Origin: Candidatus Nanopelagicales bacterium
GTDB taxonomy: Bacteria > Actinomycetota > Actinomycetes > S36-B12
Length of the DNA: 64,000 bases
Assembly: GCA_049431945.1 (NCBI GenBank)
Contig: JBMTDJ010000002.1
Span: forward strand, 9,773 to 73,772
Reading direction: 5' to 3'
The number at the start of each line of letters is the position of its first letter. Position 1 is the first letter of the stretch. This document shows positions 37,546-47,054 of this stretch, one piece after another. The notes beneath the pieces are model-generated. The model did no database searches and had not been told where the DNA came from. It saw only the letters and a list, made by a program, of their open reading frames with translations. The position numbers were made by a program, and so were the translations under genes.

Positions 37546-39650
37546 GCGGTGCCTCCAGAGTTGATGAGGTCGCGGACGGCCTGGGCGACGGCGTCGGCGG
37601 TGATTCCGAATTCCTTCATGAGCAGGGCCCCGTCCGCACTCGCGCCGAAGTGGTCGATTCCCACGACCGCTCCGCGCGCGCCGACGTACTTCCACCAGCC
37701 ATAGGTTGCGCCGGCTTCGACTGCCACGCGCACCGCCTGATCGTCGGGAAGGACCGACTCTCGATATGCGGCATCCTGCGCATCGAACCATTCGAGGCAC
37801 GGAGCCGACACCACACGCGTGGCCGTGCCCTCTGCTTCGAGGATGTCGCGGGCGGCTAGGGCCACCTGCACCTCCGACCCCGTGGCAATCACGATGGCGG
37901 CTGCCGGCGACGATGCCTCGGCGAGGACGTACGCGCCACGGGCGGTGCCGGTGGCTGACCCGTAGGCGGATCGGTCGATCACGGGCAATCCCTGACGGGA
38001 CAGGATCAGCCCGGTGGGGGTTGCGCGACGCAGCGCCTCGAGCCAGGCCTGGGCGGTCTCATTGCCATCCGCCGGACGAACCACGGCCAGCCCCGGGATG
38101 CCGCGCAGTGACCACAGGTGCTCGATGGGCTGATGAGTGGGCCCATCCTCGCCAAGGCCCACCGAGTCATGGGTCCAGACATAGACGACGGCAGTTTGCA
38201 TGAGCGCGGCGAGCCGCACCGACCCGCGCATGTAGTCGGAGAAGACCAGGAAGGTACCGCCGAAGCAGCGGGTCAGGCCCTCGAGGGCGATGCCGTTGAG
38301 AATCGCCCCCATCGCATGCTCGCGAATGCCGAAGTGGATGACCCGACCGTATGGAGAGGAATCCGGAGCACCGCTGCCGGCGGGGAGGAACGACAGACCT
38401 CCTTCGATGGTCGTGTTGTTGGACTCGGCCAGGTCGGCCGATCCACCCCAGAGTTCGGGCATGCGCTGGGCCAGTGCGTTGATGACCTTTCCGGATGCTG
38501 CACGTGTGGCTATCGAGGTACCGGCCGGGAAGTCCGGAAGACAGTCGGACAGACCCGCGGGAAGCTCGCGGCGCAGTAGTCGGTCGAGGAGCTCCGCCTG
38601 CTGCGGATGAGTCCTACGCCAAGCCGCGAAGACCTCATCCCACTCGCGGTGGAGCCGGGCGCCCCGCGCAGCAACCGAGCGCGCGTGGTCGAGGACGTTG
38701 TCGGGCAATTGGAAGTCCTTGGTGGGGTCCAGACCAAGCACGGCCTTGGTCGCGGCGACTTCGTCGACCCCCAGCGCCGAGCCATGCGCCTTGGCGGTAT
38801 TGCGGGCGTGAGGGGCTGGCCAGGCGATAGTGCTGCGCATGGCGATGAACGTCGGTCGCTCCTGCTGCGACACGGCAGCTTCGAGCGCCCCGGCAAGGGC
38901 GAGAACGTCGACGTCCCCGTCGGGGGTCATGCCCACGTAGTGGACGTTCCATCCGTACGCCTCGTAGCGCGCGAGAACGTCCTCGTGGAAGGCCACTCCG
39001 GTGTCGCCTTCGATCGAAATGTGGTTGTCGTCCCAGATGACCGTGAGGTTGCCCAGGCGCTGGATGCCGGCGAGCGACGAAGCCTCGCCGGAGATCCCCT
39101 CTTCAAGATCGCCGTCGGAAGCGATGACCCAGACCCGGTGGTCGAAGGGACTGAAGCCCCAGGGTGCGTCCGGGTCGAGCAGGCCGCGTTGGTAGCGCGA
39201 TGCCATGGCCATGCCAACGGCGGTAGCGATGCCCTGGCCCAGCGGACCCGTGGTCGTCTCCACTCCGACGGTATGACCGTGCTCAGGATGCCCGGGCGTG
39301 AGGCTGCCCGCGGTGCGAAATGACTCCAGGTCCGACAGTTCCAACCCGTATCCGGACAGGAACAGCTGGATGTAGAGCGTGAGACTCGAGTGACCGCACG
39401 ACAGCACGAATCGGTCCCGTCCCAGCCAGGCGGGGTCGTGAGGGTCATGCCTCAGGAATCGTTGGAAGAGCAGATAGGCCGCTGGTGCCAGGCTCATCGC
39501 CGTCCCCGGGTGCCCGTTGCCGACCTTCTGGACAGCATCCATGGCCAGCGCGCGAATCGTGGCGACGGTTCGTCGGTCGAGCTCGTCCCAGGTCAGGCCC
39601 CCCTCCCCGATGAGAGGGAGCGGCATGGGGTACGTCGTAGTGTCGGTCAC
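37542..39650 (-). CDS. tkt: Transketolase
   Basis: 'GHPGTAMSLAP', the TPP motif 'GDGDLEEGISGEA', and 'GEDGPTHQPIEH'. Confidence 0.96.
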   Translation of the reverse strand: MTDTTTYPMPLPLIGEGGLTWDELDRRTVATIRALAMDAVQKVGNGHPGTAMSLAPAAYLLFQRFLRHDPHDPAWLGRDRFVLSCGHSSLTLYIQLFLSGYGLELSDLESFRTAGSLTPGHPEHGHTVGVETTTGPLGQGIATAVGMAMASRYQRGLLDPDAPWGFSPFDHRVWVIASDGDLEEGISGEASSLAGIQRLGNLTVIWDDNHISIEGDTGVAFHEDVLARYEAYGWNVHYVGMTPDGDVDVLALAGALEAAVSQQERPTFIAMRSTIAWPAPHARNTAKAHGSALGVDEVAATKAVLGLDPTKDFQLPDNVLDHARSVAARGARLHREWDEVFAAWRRTHPQQAELLDRLLRRELPAGLSDCLPDFPAGTSIATRAASGKVINALAQRMPELWGGSADLAESNNTTIEGGLSFLPAGSGAPDSSPYGRVIHFGIREHAMGAILNGIALEGLTRCFGGTFLVFSDYMRGSVRLAALMQTAVVYVWTHDSVGLGEDGPTHQPIEHLWSLRGIPGLAVVRPADGNETAQAWLEALRRATPTGLILSRQGLPVIDRSAYGSATGTARGAYVLAEASSPAAAIVIATGSEVQVALAARDILEAEGTATRVVSAPCLEWFDAQDAAYRESVLPDDQAVRVAVEAGATYGWWKYVGARGAVVGIDHFGASADGALLMKEFGITADAVAQAVRDLINSGGTA

Positions 39651-39659
39651 GTGGGCAGC

Positions 39660-39696
39660 CTAGCGACGCCCTCGCCTCCGTGGGAGGCATCGCTAG
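39660..39696. promoter_or_regulatory. Imperfect 37-bp inverted repeat in the tkt/ctaB divergent region
   Basis: ctagcga (39660-66) pairs with tcgctag (39690-96). The inner cctcc (39675-79) pairs with ggagg (39683-87). It lies 10 bp upstream of the tkt start on the minus strand. Confidence 0.35.
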
Positions 39697-39726
39697 ACTG
39701 CCGAAGGAAGTTCGCGCACGCTTATC

Positions 39727-39756
39727 CCGCGGTCCACCGAGCCGCGGTCCACCGAG
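39727..39756. repeat. Perfect 2 x 15-bp tandem duplication (ccgcggtccaccgag)
   Basis: 39727-39741 is identical to 39742-39756. It lies in the 114-bp tkt/ctaB intergenic region and ends 8 bp before the ctaB ATG. Confidence 0.9.
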
Positions 39757-39764
39757 GGAGTCAC

Positions 39765-40715
39765 ATGGCGCAGGTCGATGACCGACCCGCCGGTGCTCGC
39801 GGGGGCCCGGGCCGGGTTATTCGGGACTATGTCGCCATCACCAAGCCCCGCATCATCGAACTCCTTCTCGTCACGGCCATCCCTACGATGATCCTCGCCG
39901 CCCGAGGGTGGCCACATCTCCGAGTCGCCGTCGCGGTGATCGTCGGCGGCATGCTCGCTGCCGGTGGGGCGAACGCCTTCAACAGTGTCTACGACCGTGA
40001 CATAGACGCAAAGATGGCCAGGACGCACGCGCGGCCCATTGCGGCTGGAACTGTCTCCGTACGCGGTGGTGTCATCCTGGCCAGTCTCCTGTCGGTCGCC
40101 AGCCTGGTGGTGCTCGGCACGCTCGCGAATCTGCTCGCCGCTCTCCTCGGGGCGATAGCCATTGCCTTCTATGCGGTGGGATACACGATGCTGCTCAAGC
40201 GCCGTACCCCTCAGAACATCGTGTGGGGCGGTGCAGCGGGGTGCATGCCGGTCCTCATCGCTTGGGCCGCCGTCACCGGCAGCCTGAGCTGGGCGCCAGT
40301 CATCCTCTTTTTCATTGTCTTCTGGTGGACTCCACCGCACTACTGGCCGCTATCCCTGCGCTACCGAGACGACTATGCCGCGGCGGGTGTCCCCATGCTT
40401 CCCGTCGTTGCCGAGACGTCGTCAGTCACGCGGAGGATCATCGTCTACTCCTGGATCATGGTGGCCTTCTCGCTGATCCTTATCCCCGTTGCCGGGATGG
40501 GACTGGTCTATTCGATCTCCGCGGTGGTTCTCGGCGCGGTCTTCGTCGTCGAAGCCCACTTGCTCGGACGTCGTGCTCGTCTGCTTGTCGACGGGGGTGG
40601 CTCTGATGTCGCGCAGGGCCGGGACATACGGCCTATGCGGCTCTTCCACTGGTCGATCACCTATCTGGCGTTGCTTTTCCTCGCGGTGGCAGTGGATCCG
40701 TTCATCGCCGGCTAG
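39765..40715 (+). CDS. ctaB: Protoheme IX farnesyltransferase (heme O synthase)
   Basis: UbiA-family motif 'GGANAFNSVYDRDIDAKM' and polytopic topology. ATG 39765 follows GGGAG. The upstream 125 codons of the track ORF are antisense to tkt. Confidence 0.9.
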   Translation: MAQVDDRPAGARGGPGRVIRDYVAITKPRIIELLLVTAIPTMILAARGWPHLRVAVAVIVGGMLAAGGANAFNSVYDRDIDAKMARTHARPIAAGTVSVRGGVILASLLSVASLVVLGTLANLLAALLGAIAIAFYAVGYTMLLKRRTPQNIVWGGAAGCMPVLIAWAAVTGSLSWAPVILFFIVFWWTPPHYWPLSLRYRDDYAAAGVPMLPVVAETSSVTRRIIVYSWIMVAFSLILIPVAGMGLVYSISAVVLGAVFVVEAHLLGRRARLLVDGGGSDVAQGRDIRPMRLFHWSITYLALLFLAVAVDPFIAG

Positions 40716-41686
40716 CGAGCGGGTGCTGCGACGAGTGACCCTCGCGTACGTGTGCTCAGCAGCACAAAGACGACGGTCGCCCAGACCAGGCAGGCGCCAA
40801 GCATGTGGATGGCGACGAGCAACCAGGGCAGACCTGTGAAGTACTGCGCATAGCCGATGAATCCCTGTACCAGCGCGATCGCGACCAGCGTCACGGCGAG
40901 GCGCCGCGTTCGCACCGGAGCCGCAGTGACCCGCAGGGCGACGATGAGACCCACTGTGAGGCCGAGGAAGAGCAGGACCGAGTCGGCATGGAGCCACGCC
41001 ATCGTGCGCGGGTCAACCCCGAACCTCGCCTCCGTGTCGGCGTCGCCCGAGTGCGGGCCGCTCCCCGTGACGATGACACCCAGGATCACGACGATGGCGG
41101 TGACTGCGACGAGTGCCCAGGTCAGCCACGCGACCTCGCGCCGGACCAGGGGGGTCACCGGCCGGTCGCCGGACTCGCCCGAGCGGACAACGAGGACGAC
41201 GCAACCGGCGATGATCGCCATGGACACGAGGAAGTGTGCCGAGACCGCCCAGGGACTCAGGCCCGTGAGGACTGTCACCCCACCCAGGACGGCCTGGACG
41301 ACGGTGCCCACAAGCGGGATGGCGGCCAGGGACAGCACCGTGGTGCGCGGGACAAGGCCGGCCCGTCTGGTTCGTCGCCACCATACGAAGGCGCCAACGA
41401 CCGCGGCGATCGCCAGTGCCGCGAGCACGAAGGTGAGCAGTCGGTTGCCGAACTCGACGAATTTGTGCCACGACTCTTCCTGGCGGGAGGTGGGGATGTA
41501 TGACCCCTCGGCGCATTCGGGCCAGGTCGGACAGCCCAGGCCGGACCCGGTGAGGCGCACGATGCCGCCCGTCACGACGATGCCGATCTGGGCCACGAGG
41601 TTGGCGATGAATATCCCGCGCAGCCACCGGGGTGCGCGCCCTGCGACAGCGTCAGCGAGCGATGGCCGGTCGAGGTCGGTCGCCAT
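40712..41686 (-). CDS. ctaA: Heme A synthase (COX15/CtaA family)
   Basis: 324 aa, 8 TM helices, with a paired Cys ('GLGCPTWPEC') and conserved His residues in the TM helices. Confidence 0.85.
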   Translation of the reverse strand: MATDLDRPSLADAVAGRAPRWLRGIFIANLVAQIGIVVTGGIVRLTGSGLGCPTWPECAEGSYIPTSRQEESWHKFVEFGNRLLTFVLAALAIAAVVGAFVWWRRTRRAGLVPRTTVLSLAAIPLVGTVVQAVLGGVTVLTGLSPWAVSAHFLVSMAIIAGCVVLVVRSGESGDRPVTPLVRREVAWLTWALVAVTAIVVILGVIVTGSGPHSGDADTEARFGVDPRTMAWLHADSVLLFLGLTVGLIVALRVTAAPVRTRRLAVTLVAIALVQGFIGYAQYFTGLPWLLVAIHMLGACLVWATVVFVLLSTRTRGSLVAAPAR

Positions 41687-41711
41687 GTATTGAGCCTACG
41701 ACGAACGTGAA

Positions 41712-42437
41712 TCAGCGCCAGGCGAAGGTGCGGCGGGCCACGAGGGTCCCGACCAGGCCCCAGATCGCGAGCAGCGCACCATCGATGGCCAGGCCGTTTG
41801 CGTCCGGGTAGCCCGTGCTCCACCTGAGGAGGTCTCCGAGGGCCGACGACGGAAGCACCGAGACGACGGGCTGCACGGCATCGGGCAGGACCGTGGCGGG
41901 AAAAGTAGCGCCTCCCGCGACCACCAGCACGAGGAACACGGCGTTGGCGATCGCCAGGGTTGCCTCTGCGCGCACAGCGCCGCCGAGCGCGAATCCGAGG
42001 GCGGCGAAGCATCCCGTGCCCACGAGGGCGATGGGCGCGAGTGCCATCGCTGACCACTCGGGGCGCCAACCCAGGACGGTTGCCGTCGCGCAGAGCAGGG
42101 TGACCTGCAATGCGGTGACAATGAGTGCCGTGATGACCCGGGCGCCCAGGATGGACACCCTGGACAGCGGTGTAGTGGCCAGCATCACGAGAGCCCCTGA
42201 TCGGCGATCGAAGCCCACGCCGATTGCCAGGGACGTGAACGCGCTCGCGATGATCGCCACCGTGATGACACCGCCGAGGGCCTCAGGCAGTCGACCGGCT
42301 CCCGCAGGTGCCGTAAGGGGGATGGCCGGGATGAGCGTGACGCCAATGAGAAGTGCGACGGGGATGACAATGGTGAGCAGCAACTGCTCACCATTGCGCA
42401 GGAGAATGCGCAGGTCGAACCAGGCCTGGGTGATCAC
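41712..42437 (-). CDS. ABC-2 type transporter permease
   Basis: 241 aa, 6 TM helices. GTG 42437 forms a GTGA overlap with the ATPase stop. It lies 25 bp upstream of ctaA on the same strand. Confidence 0.8.
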   Translation of the reverse strand: MITQAWFDLRILLRNGEQLLLTIVIPVALLIGVTLIPAIPLTAPAGAGRLPEALGGVITVAIIASAFTSLAIGVGFDRRSGALVMLATTPLSRVSILGARVITALIVTALQVTLLCATATVLGWRPEWSAMALAPIALVGTGCFAALGFALGGAVRAEATLAIANAVFLVLVVAGGATFPATVLPDAVQPVVSVLPSSALGDLLRWSTGYPDANGLAIDGALLAIWGLVGTLVARRTFAWR

Positions 42438-43357
42438 TCGCGGCGCTCCCCGTCGGTGAGGCGCCAGTACAGGTCGGACAGGCCTTCGGTGCCCAGGGCG
42501 AGATTGCGCGGCTGCACACCGTGCTGCGCGCACCACGAGGCGACGGTGGCCAGCGCATGTGGTGACGACGTGCCCTCGATCCGGTAGCGCCCAGGCGAGA
42601 TCTCTTCGACCCGGCACCCTTCGGGGAGTGCACTCACCAGGCTCGCCCTGTCCAGGTGGAGCGGTCCTTCGAAGCTGATCGCTTCGCTGCTGTCGGCGAC
42701 CAATGAGGAGAGGGGCCCCTGCCTCAGGCAGCGCCCCTCGGAGATGATGGCGATCTCGTCGGCAAGCGCCTCGGCCTCGTCGAGGAGATGTGTGCACAGC
42801 AGGACGGTGCAGCCCCCTGTTCGAAGCCTGTCAATGGCCCGCCAGACGAGCGCACGGCCTCGGGGGTCGAGCCCCGCAGTGGGCTCGTCGAGGATGACCA
42901 TGTCAGGGTGCCCGACAAGAGCGCACGCCAGGCTTACACGTCGACGCTCTCCGCCGGAGAGCCTGCGCATGGTCGTCCGCCCCAATGCATCGAGTCCCCA
43001 TGCCGCGATGAGATCGCCCGCGGTGTCGGGCTCACCCCGCAGCCTTGCGACATGCCGCACGACTTCGGCAGCGTGCGCCCCCGACGGCAGGCCATCGTCC
43101 TGGACCATGACATTGACGCGCCTTCGCGCGTCCGCGCGACCCGGTATGCCCCCGAGGACCATCGCGGAGCCGGATTGCTGCTGGATGAGCCCGGAGAGGA
43201 CGCCGACGGCAGTCGACTTGCCCGCGCCGTTGGGTCCGAGAAGTGCCGTCACCCTCCCTCGGGGGATCGAGAGGTCGAGCCCGGCAAGACCACGTCCAGG
43301 GGAGTGTCCGGCACCGGGATACGCCACCACCACCTGATCGAGGCGTGCGGCGTCCAC
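42434..43357 (-). CDS. ABC transporter ATP-binding protein (DrrA/CcmA-like)
   Basis: 'GPNGAGKST', 'LSGGERRR' and 'ILDEPTAGLD' are present. GTG 43357 is chosen because the track start 43471 would overlap sufR. Confidence 0.85.
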   Translation of the reverse strand: MDAARLDQVVVAYPGAGHSPGRGLAGLDLSIPRGRVTALLGPNGAGKSTAVGVLSGLIQQQSGSAMVLGGIPGRADARRRVNVMVQDDGLPSGAHAAEVVRHVARLRGEPDTAGDLIAAWGLDALGRTTMRRLSGGERRRVSLACALVGHPDMVILDEPTAGLDPRGRALVWRAIDRLRTGGCTVLLCTHLLDEAEALADEIAIISEGRCLRQGPLSSLVADSSEAISFEGPLHLDRASLVSALPEGCRVEEISPGRYRIEGTSSPHALATVASWCAQHGVQPRNLALGTEGLSDLYWRLTDGERRE

Positions 43358-43472
43358 ACGCGGAAGTGTCCACCACGGCGGACTCGGGTCGGCCCCGCGG
43401 GTCGGCCACGCCGGCCCTGTCCGGCTCTGTTGCGGCCCCCCGGCTTGCGCTCGCTCGGATTTGCGACACAAT

Positions 43473-44144
43473 ATGGGTGTGAAATTCCCGAGCCCCGCCG
43501 CGGAGCGGGTGGCGCGTGCCCTCCTCGAGGAGGGTCCCGCGACCGCCGCAGAGCTGGCGCTGCGTCTGGGGCACAGCCCGACCGTGGTTCGGCGTCACCT
43601 CGACGCGCTCGCCGCCGAGGGCTTCGTCCAGGCGGACGAAAGCCGGCCGTTCGGCCCAGTGCCTGTCCGCGGCAGGGGGCGTCCGGCCCGGGTCTTTTCG
43701 CTCACGGACGCCGGAAGTCACGCCTTCGACGTCGACTACGACGACCTCGCGGTCTCGGCACTGGACTACCTGCAGCGCACGTACGGGGACGACGCCGTTC
43801 GCGAGTTCGCGCGCGAGCGCGCCCGCGAACTCGTGTCTCGGCACACGGTCGCCGTCGAGGCAGCCGCCTCGCCCGCCGCGAAACTGGATGTCCTCGCCGA
43901 CGGACTCGCGGCGGACGGCTACGCGGCGACCACGGCCGATACCGACGGCGGTCCCCAACTGTGCCAGCATCACTGCCCGGTCCGGCACGCGGCGATGCGC
44001 TTCCCGCAATTGTGCGACGCCGAGACGGAGGCCTTCGAGGAGCTCCTCAGCACGCATGTACTTCGCCTGGCCACGATTGGTCGCGGTGATGGAATCTGCA
44101 CCACGTTGGTACCCGCCCTCATGAACCGGAGGACTTCCGCATGA
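43473..44144 (+). CDS. sufR: SufR-type ArsR/DeoR-like transcriptional regulator of the suf operon
   Basis: N-terminal winged HTH ('[24 protein letters not shown]') and C-terminal Cys ligands ('CQHHCPVRH...LCDAE'). The start is ambiguous (TTG 43461, ATG 43473 or GTG 43479). Confidence 0.8.
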   Translation: MGVKFPSPAAERVARALLEEGPATAAELALRLGHSPTVVRRHLDALAAEGFVQADESRPFGPVPVRGRGRPARVFSLTDAGSHAFDVDYDDLAVSALDYLQRTYGDDAVREFARERARELVSRHTVAVEAAASPAAKLDVLADGLAADGYAATTADTDGGPQLCQHHCPVRHAAMRFPQLCDAETEAFEELLSTHVLRLATIGRGDGICTTLVPALMNRRTSA

Positions 44145-45553
44145 CGACCATGGAACACCCCGAGCTCGATGGCCTAGGTCGCTACGAATACGGCTGGAGT
44201 GACCCCGACGTCGCCGGGGCCATGGCCAAGCGCGGCCTCAGCGAGGACGTCGTTCGTGAGATCAGCGCCCTCAAGGGGGAGCCGGAGTGGATGCTGGACC
44301 TGCGGCTCAAGGGGCTTCGCCTGTTCGAGAAGAAGCCCATGCCTGCCTGGGGCTCCAATCTCAGCGGCATCGACTTCGACAACATCAAGTACTTCGTGCG
44401 GTCCACCGAAAAGCAGGCCACGAGCTGGGATGAGCTCCCCGACGACATCAAGTCCACGTACGACCGTCTCGGCATCCCTGAAGCCGAAAAGCAGCGGCTC
44501 ATCGCCGGCGTGGCCGCGCAGTATGAGTCCGAAGTCGTCTACCACAAGATTCGCGAAGACCTCGAGGAGCAGGGGGTCATCTTCCTCGACACGGACACCG
44601 GTCTCCGGGAGCACGAGGACCTCTTCCGCGAGTACTTCGCCTCGGTGATCCCGGTGGGTGACAACAAGTTCGCGGCGCTGAACACGGCCGTATGGTCGGG
44701 CGGATCGTTCATTTACGTTCCACCCGGGGTCAACGTCGAGATTCCCCTGCAGGCCTACTTCCGGATCAACACCGAGAACATGGGCCAGTTCGAGAGGACC
44801 CTCATCATCGTGGACGAAGGCGCCTACGTGCACTACGTCGAAGGCTGCACGGCGCCGATCTACTCGTCGGACTCACTGCACTCGGCGGTCGTGGAGATCA
44901 TCGTGAAGAAGGATGCACGCTGCCGGTACACGACCATCCAGAACTGGTCCAACAACGTCTATAACCTCGTAACGAAGCGGGCCGCGGCGCATCAGGGCGC
45001 CACAATGGAGTGGATCGACGGCAACATCGGCTCGAAGGTCACGATGAAATACCCGGCCGTGTGGATGCTCGGCGAGCACGCGAAGGGGGAGACGCTGTCG
45101 GTGGCCTTCGCGGGGGAGGGCCAGCATCAAGATGCAGGCGCCAAGATGGTCCATGCCGCACCCTTCACGTCGTCGACGATCGTGTCGAAGTCAGTGGCCC
45201 GAGGGGGCGGTCGTACGTCGTACCGAGGTCTGGTCCAGGTTCTCGAAGGGTGCCACGGCGCCAGGAGCACGGTGAAGTGTGACGCGCTCCTGGTGGACGA
45301 TATCTCCCGCAGTGACACCTACCCCTACGTCGACGTCCGTGAAGATGATGTGTCAATGGGTCACGAGGCCACCGTGTCGAAGATCAGTGAGGACCAACTG
45401 TTCTACCTCATGTCACGAGGTATGACGGAGGACGAGGCCATGGCGATGATCGTCCGCGGCTTCGTCGAGCCCATCGCGCGCGAGTTGCCCATGGAGTACG
45501 CACTCGAACTCAACAGGCTCATTGAACTCCAGATGGAAGGGGCCGTCGGCTGA
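44141..45553 (+). CDS. sufB: Fe-S cluster assembly protein SufB (no intein)
   Basis: 470 aa. GGAGGA precedes the ATG. The typical C-terminal half '[27 protein letters not shown]...' is present. Confidence 0.96.
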   Translation: MTTMEHPELDGLGRYEYGWSDPDVAGAMAKRGLSEDVVREISALKGEPEWMLDLRLKGLRLFEKKPMPAWGSNLSGIDFDNIKYFVRSTEKQATSWDELPDDIKSTYDRLGIPEAEKQRLIAGVAAQYESEVVYHKIREDLEEQGVIFLDTDTGLREHEDLFREYFASVIPVGDNKFAALNTAVWSGGSFIYVPPGVNVEIPLQAYFRINTENMGQFERTLIIVDEGAYVHYVEGCTAPIYSSDSLHSAVVEIIVKKDARCRYTTIQNWSNNVYNLVTKRAAAHQGATMEWIDGNIGSKVTMKYPAVWMLGEHAKGETLSVAFAGEGQHQDAGAKMVHAAPFTSSTIVSKSVARGGGRTSYRGLVQVLEGCHGARSTVKCDALLVDDISRSDTYPYVDVREDDVSMGHEATVSKISEDQLFYLMSRGMTEDEAMAMIVRGFVEPIARELPMEYALELNRLIELQMEGAVG

Positions 45554-46701
45554 TGTCGGTCACCATTCCGGCGAGTGATCACTCGCCGCTCACACGGTCG
45601 CGCCTTGTCACCGACCACGTGGTGCCCACTGGACGCGAGGAGGAGTGGCGCTTCACGCCGCTCGACCGCCTCCGCGGCCTGCATCGCGGCGACACGGCCT
45701 TCGAGTCCGGACTCCACGTCGATGTCGTGGCTGAGGGGCTCAGCGTCGAAACCGTGGACGCCGACGACCCACGCGTGGGTACGTCGCTGGTGCCCACGGA
45801 CATCATCTCAGCCTCGGCCATGGCGACTGGGGCGCTCGTCACCGTTTTGTCCGTGCCTTCAGAGGGCACGGGACGAGCACATGTCACCGTCAAGGGAGTG
45901 GGCGGGCCGGCCGCATCCCACCTGGTCGTCGAGGTGGCACCCTTCGCGCATGCGACGGTCGTCCTCGAACACCGGGGCACGTCCACTCTCGCGGGCAATG
46001 TCGAGATGCGGGTAGGCGACGGGGCCCGACTCACCTTCATCTCACTTCAGGCATGGGACCGAGATGGCGTGCATGTGGGGACTCACAACGTGCGTCTGGG
46101 CCGGGACGCACGGGTCCTCATGGGGCACATCACTCTCGGCGGAGATCTTGTCCGGATCAGTCCGACGGTCACCTATGGCGCCCCCGGGGGCGAGGCTGAA
46201 CTCCTTGGCCTGTACTTCGCCGACGCTGGCCAGCATCTCGAGCATCGGGTCTTCGTCGATCATGACACCCCGCACTGCACGAGCTCGGTCCTCTACAAGG
46301 GTGCGCTCCAAGGCGAGGGCGCCCACACGGTGTGGATCGGCGACGTCTTGGTACGCGCCCAGGCGGTGGGCATCGACACCTACGAGGTCAATCGCAATCT
46401 CATTCTCACGGATGGGGCTCGTGCTGACAGCGTGCCGAATCTCGAACTCGAGACAGGGGAGATCCAAGGCGCAGGTCACGCGAGTGCCACCGGTCGTTTC
46501 GATGACGAGCAGTTGTTCTACCTCCAGGCGCGTGGGATCCCCGAGGATCTCGCCCGCGTCCTCGTCGTTCGGGGATTCTTCGCCGACGTCCTGGGGCGTC
46601 TGGGCGAGCCAGACCTCGCTACGCGAGTGATGGCCGATGTGGATGCCCGTTTGGGCGTTGACCTCGCCGGCACAGGACTCGAGGGAGATGATGCCGCGTG
46701 A
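45553..46701 (+). CDS. sufD: Fe-S cluster assembly protein SufD
   Basis: 382 aa with SufB/D beta-helix repeats and 'DEQLFYLQARGI'. TGATG overlap with sufB. Confidence 0.92.
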   Translation: MSVTIPASDHSPLTRSRLVTDHVVPTGREEEWRFTPLDRLRGLHRGDTAFESGLHVDVVAEGLSVETVDADDPRVGTSLVPTDIISASAMATGALVTVLSVPSEGTGRAHVTVKGVGGPAASHLVVEVAPFAHATVVLEHRGTSTLAGNVEMRVGDGARLTFISLQAWDRDGVHVGTHNVRLGRDARVLMGHITLGGDLVRISPTVTYGAPGGEAELLGLYFADAGQHLEHRVFVDHDTPHCTSSVLYKGALQGEGAHTVWIGDVLVRAQAVGIDTYEVNRNLILTDGARADSVPNLELETGEIQGAGHASATGRFDDEQLFYLQARGIPEDLARVLVVRGFFADVLGRLGEPDLATRVMADVDARLGVDLAGTGLEGDDAA

Positions 46702-47054
46702 GTCGCATAGACGTGTGCGCTGTGTCCGATATCCCTGAGGGTGCGGCCCTTCGTGTGATGGTCGGTGACTTTGCCGTTGCCCTCGCGCACTGCGACGGCG
46801 AAATCCGCGGAGTGCTCGATGTGTGCTCGCACGCAGACGTGGCCCTGAGCGAGGGCGAGGTCGACGATTGCAGCATCGAGTGCTGGCTGCATGGCTCGCG
46901 CTTCGACTTGCGCACCGGCGAGGCGCTCTCGCTGCCGGCTACCGCGCCGGTCCCGGTCTTCGACGTCCTCGTCGACGGCGAAGGACCCGAAGCCCGTGTA
47001 CTCGTGGGTGAACAGCCCGTGATCCCGTCCCAGCCCACCTTAGAGGAGCGTTGA
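46698..47054 (+). CDS. Rieske-type ferredoxin (non-heme iron oxygenase ferredoxin-like) embedded in the suf operon
   Basis: 'CSHADVAL...x...CWLHGSRF' matches CxH..CxxH. 118 aa. 4-nt overlaps with sufD and the following gene. Confidence 0.85.
   Translation: MSRIDVCAVSDIPEGAALRVMVGDFAVALAHCDGEIRGVLDVCSHADVALSEGEVDDCSIECWLHGSRFDLRTGEALSLPATAPVPVFDVLVDGEGPEARVLVGEQPVIPSQPTLEER

Noticed and set aside
43358-43472. A search for a SufR operator palindrome in the ABC/sufR divergent region.
   Set aside because: Only a weak ACAC-N7-GTGT element overlaps the possible start codons. It is too short to distinguish from chance. The sufR start codon itself is ambiguous.
42788-44089. A 433-aa plus-strand ORF and a 341-aa minus-strand ORF (43032..44057) spanning the ABC ATPase/sufR junction.
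   Set aside because: Their products are extreme Arg/Gly/Pro-rich strings. They overlap a clear ABC ATPase and a clear SufR in other frames.
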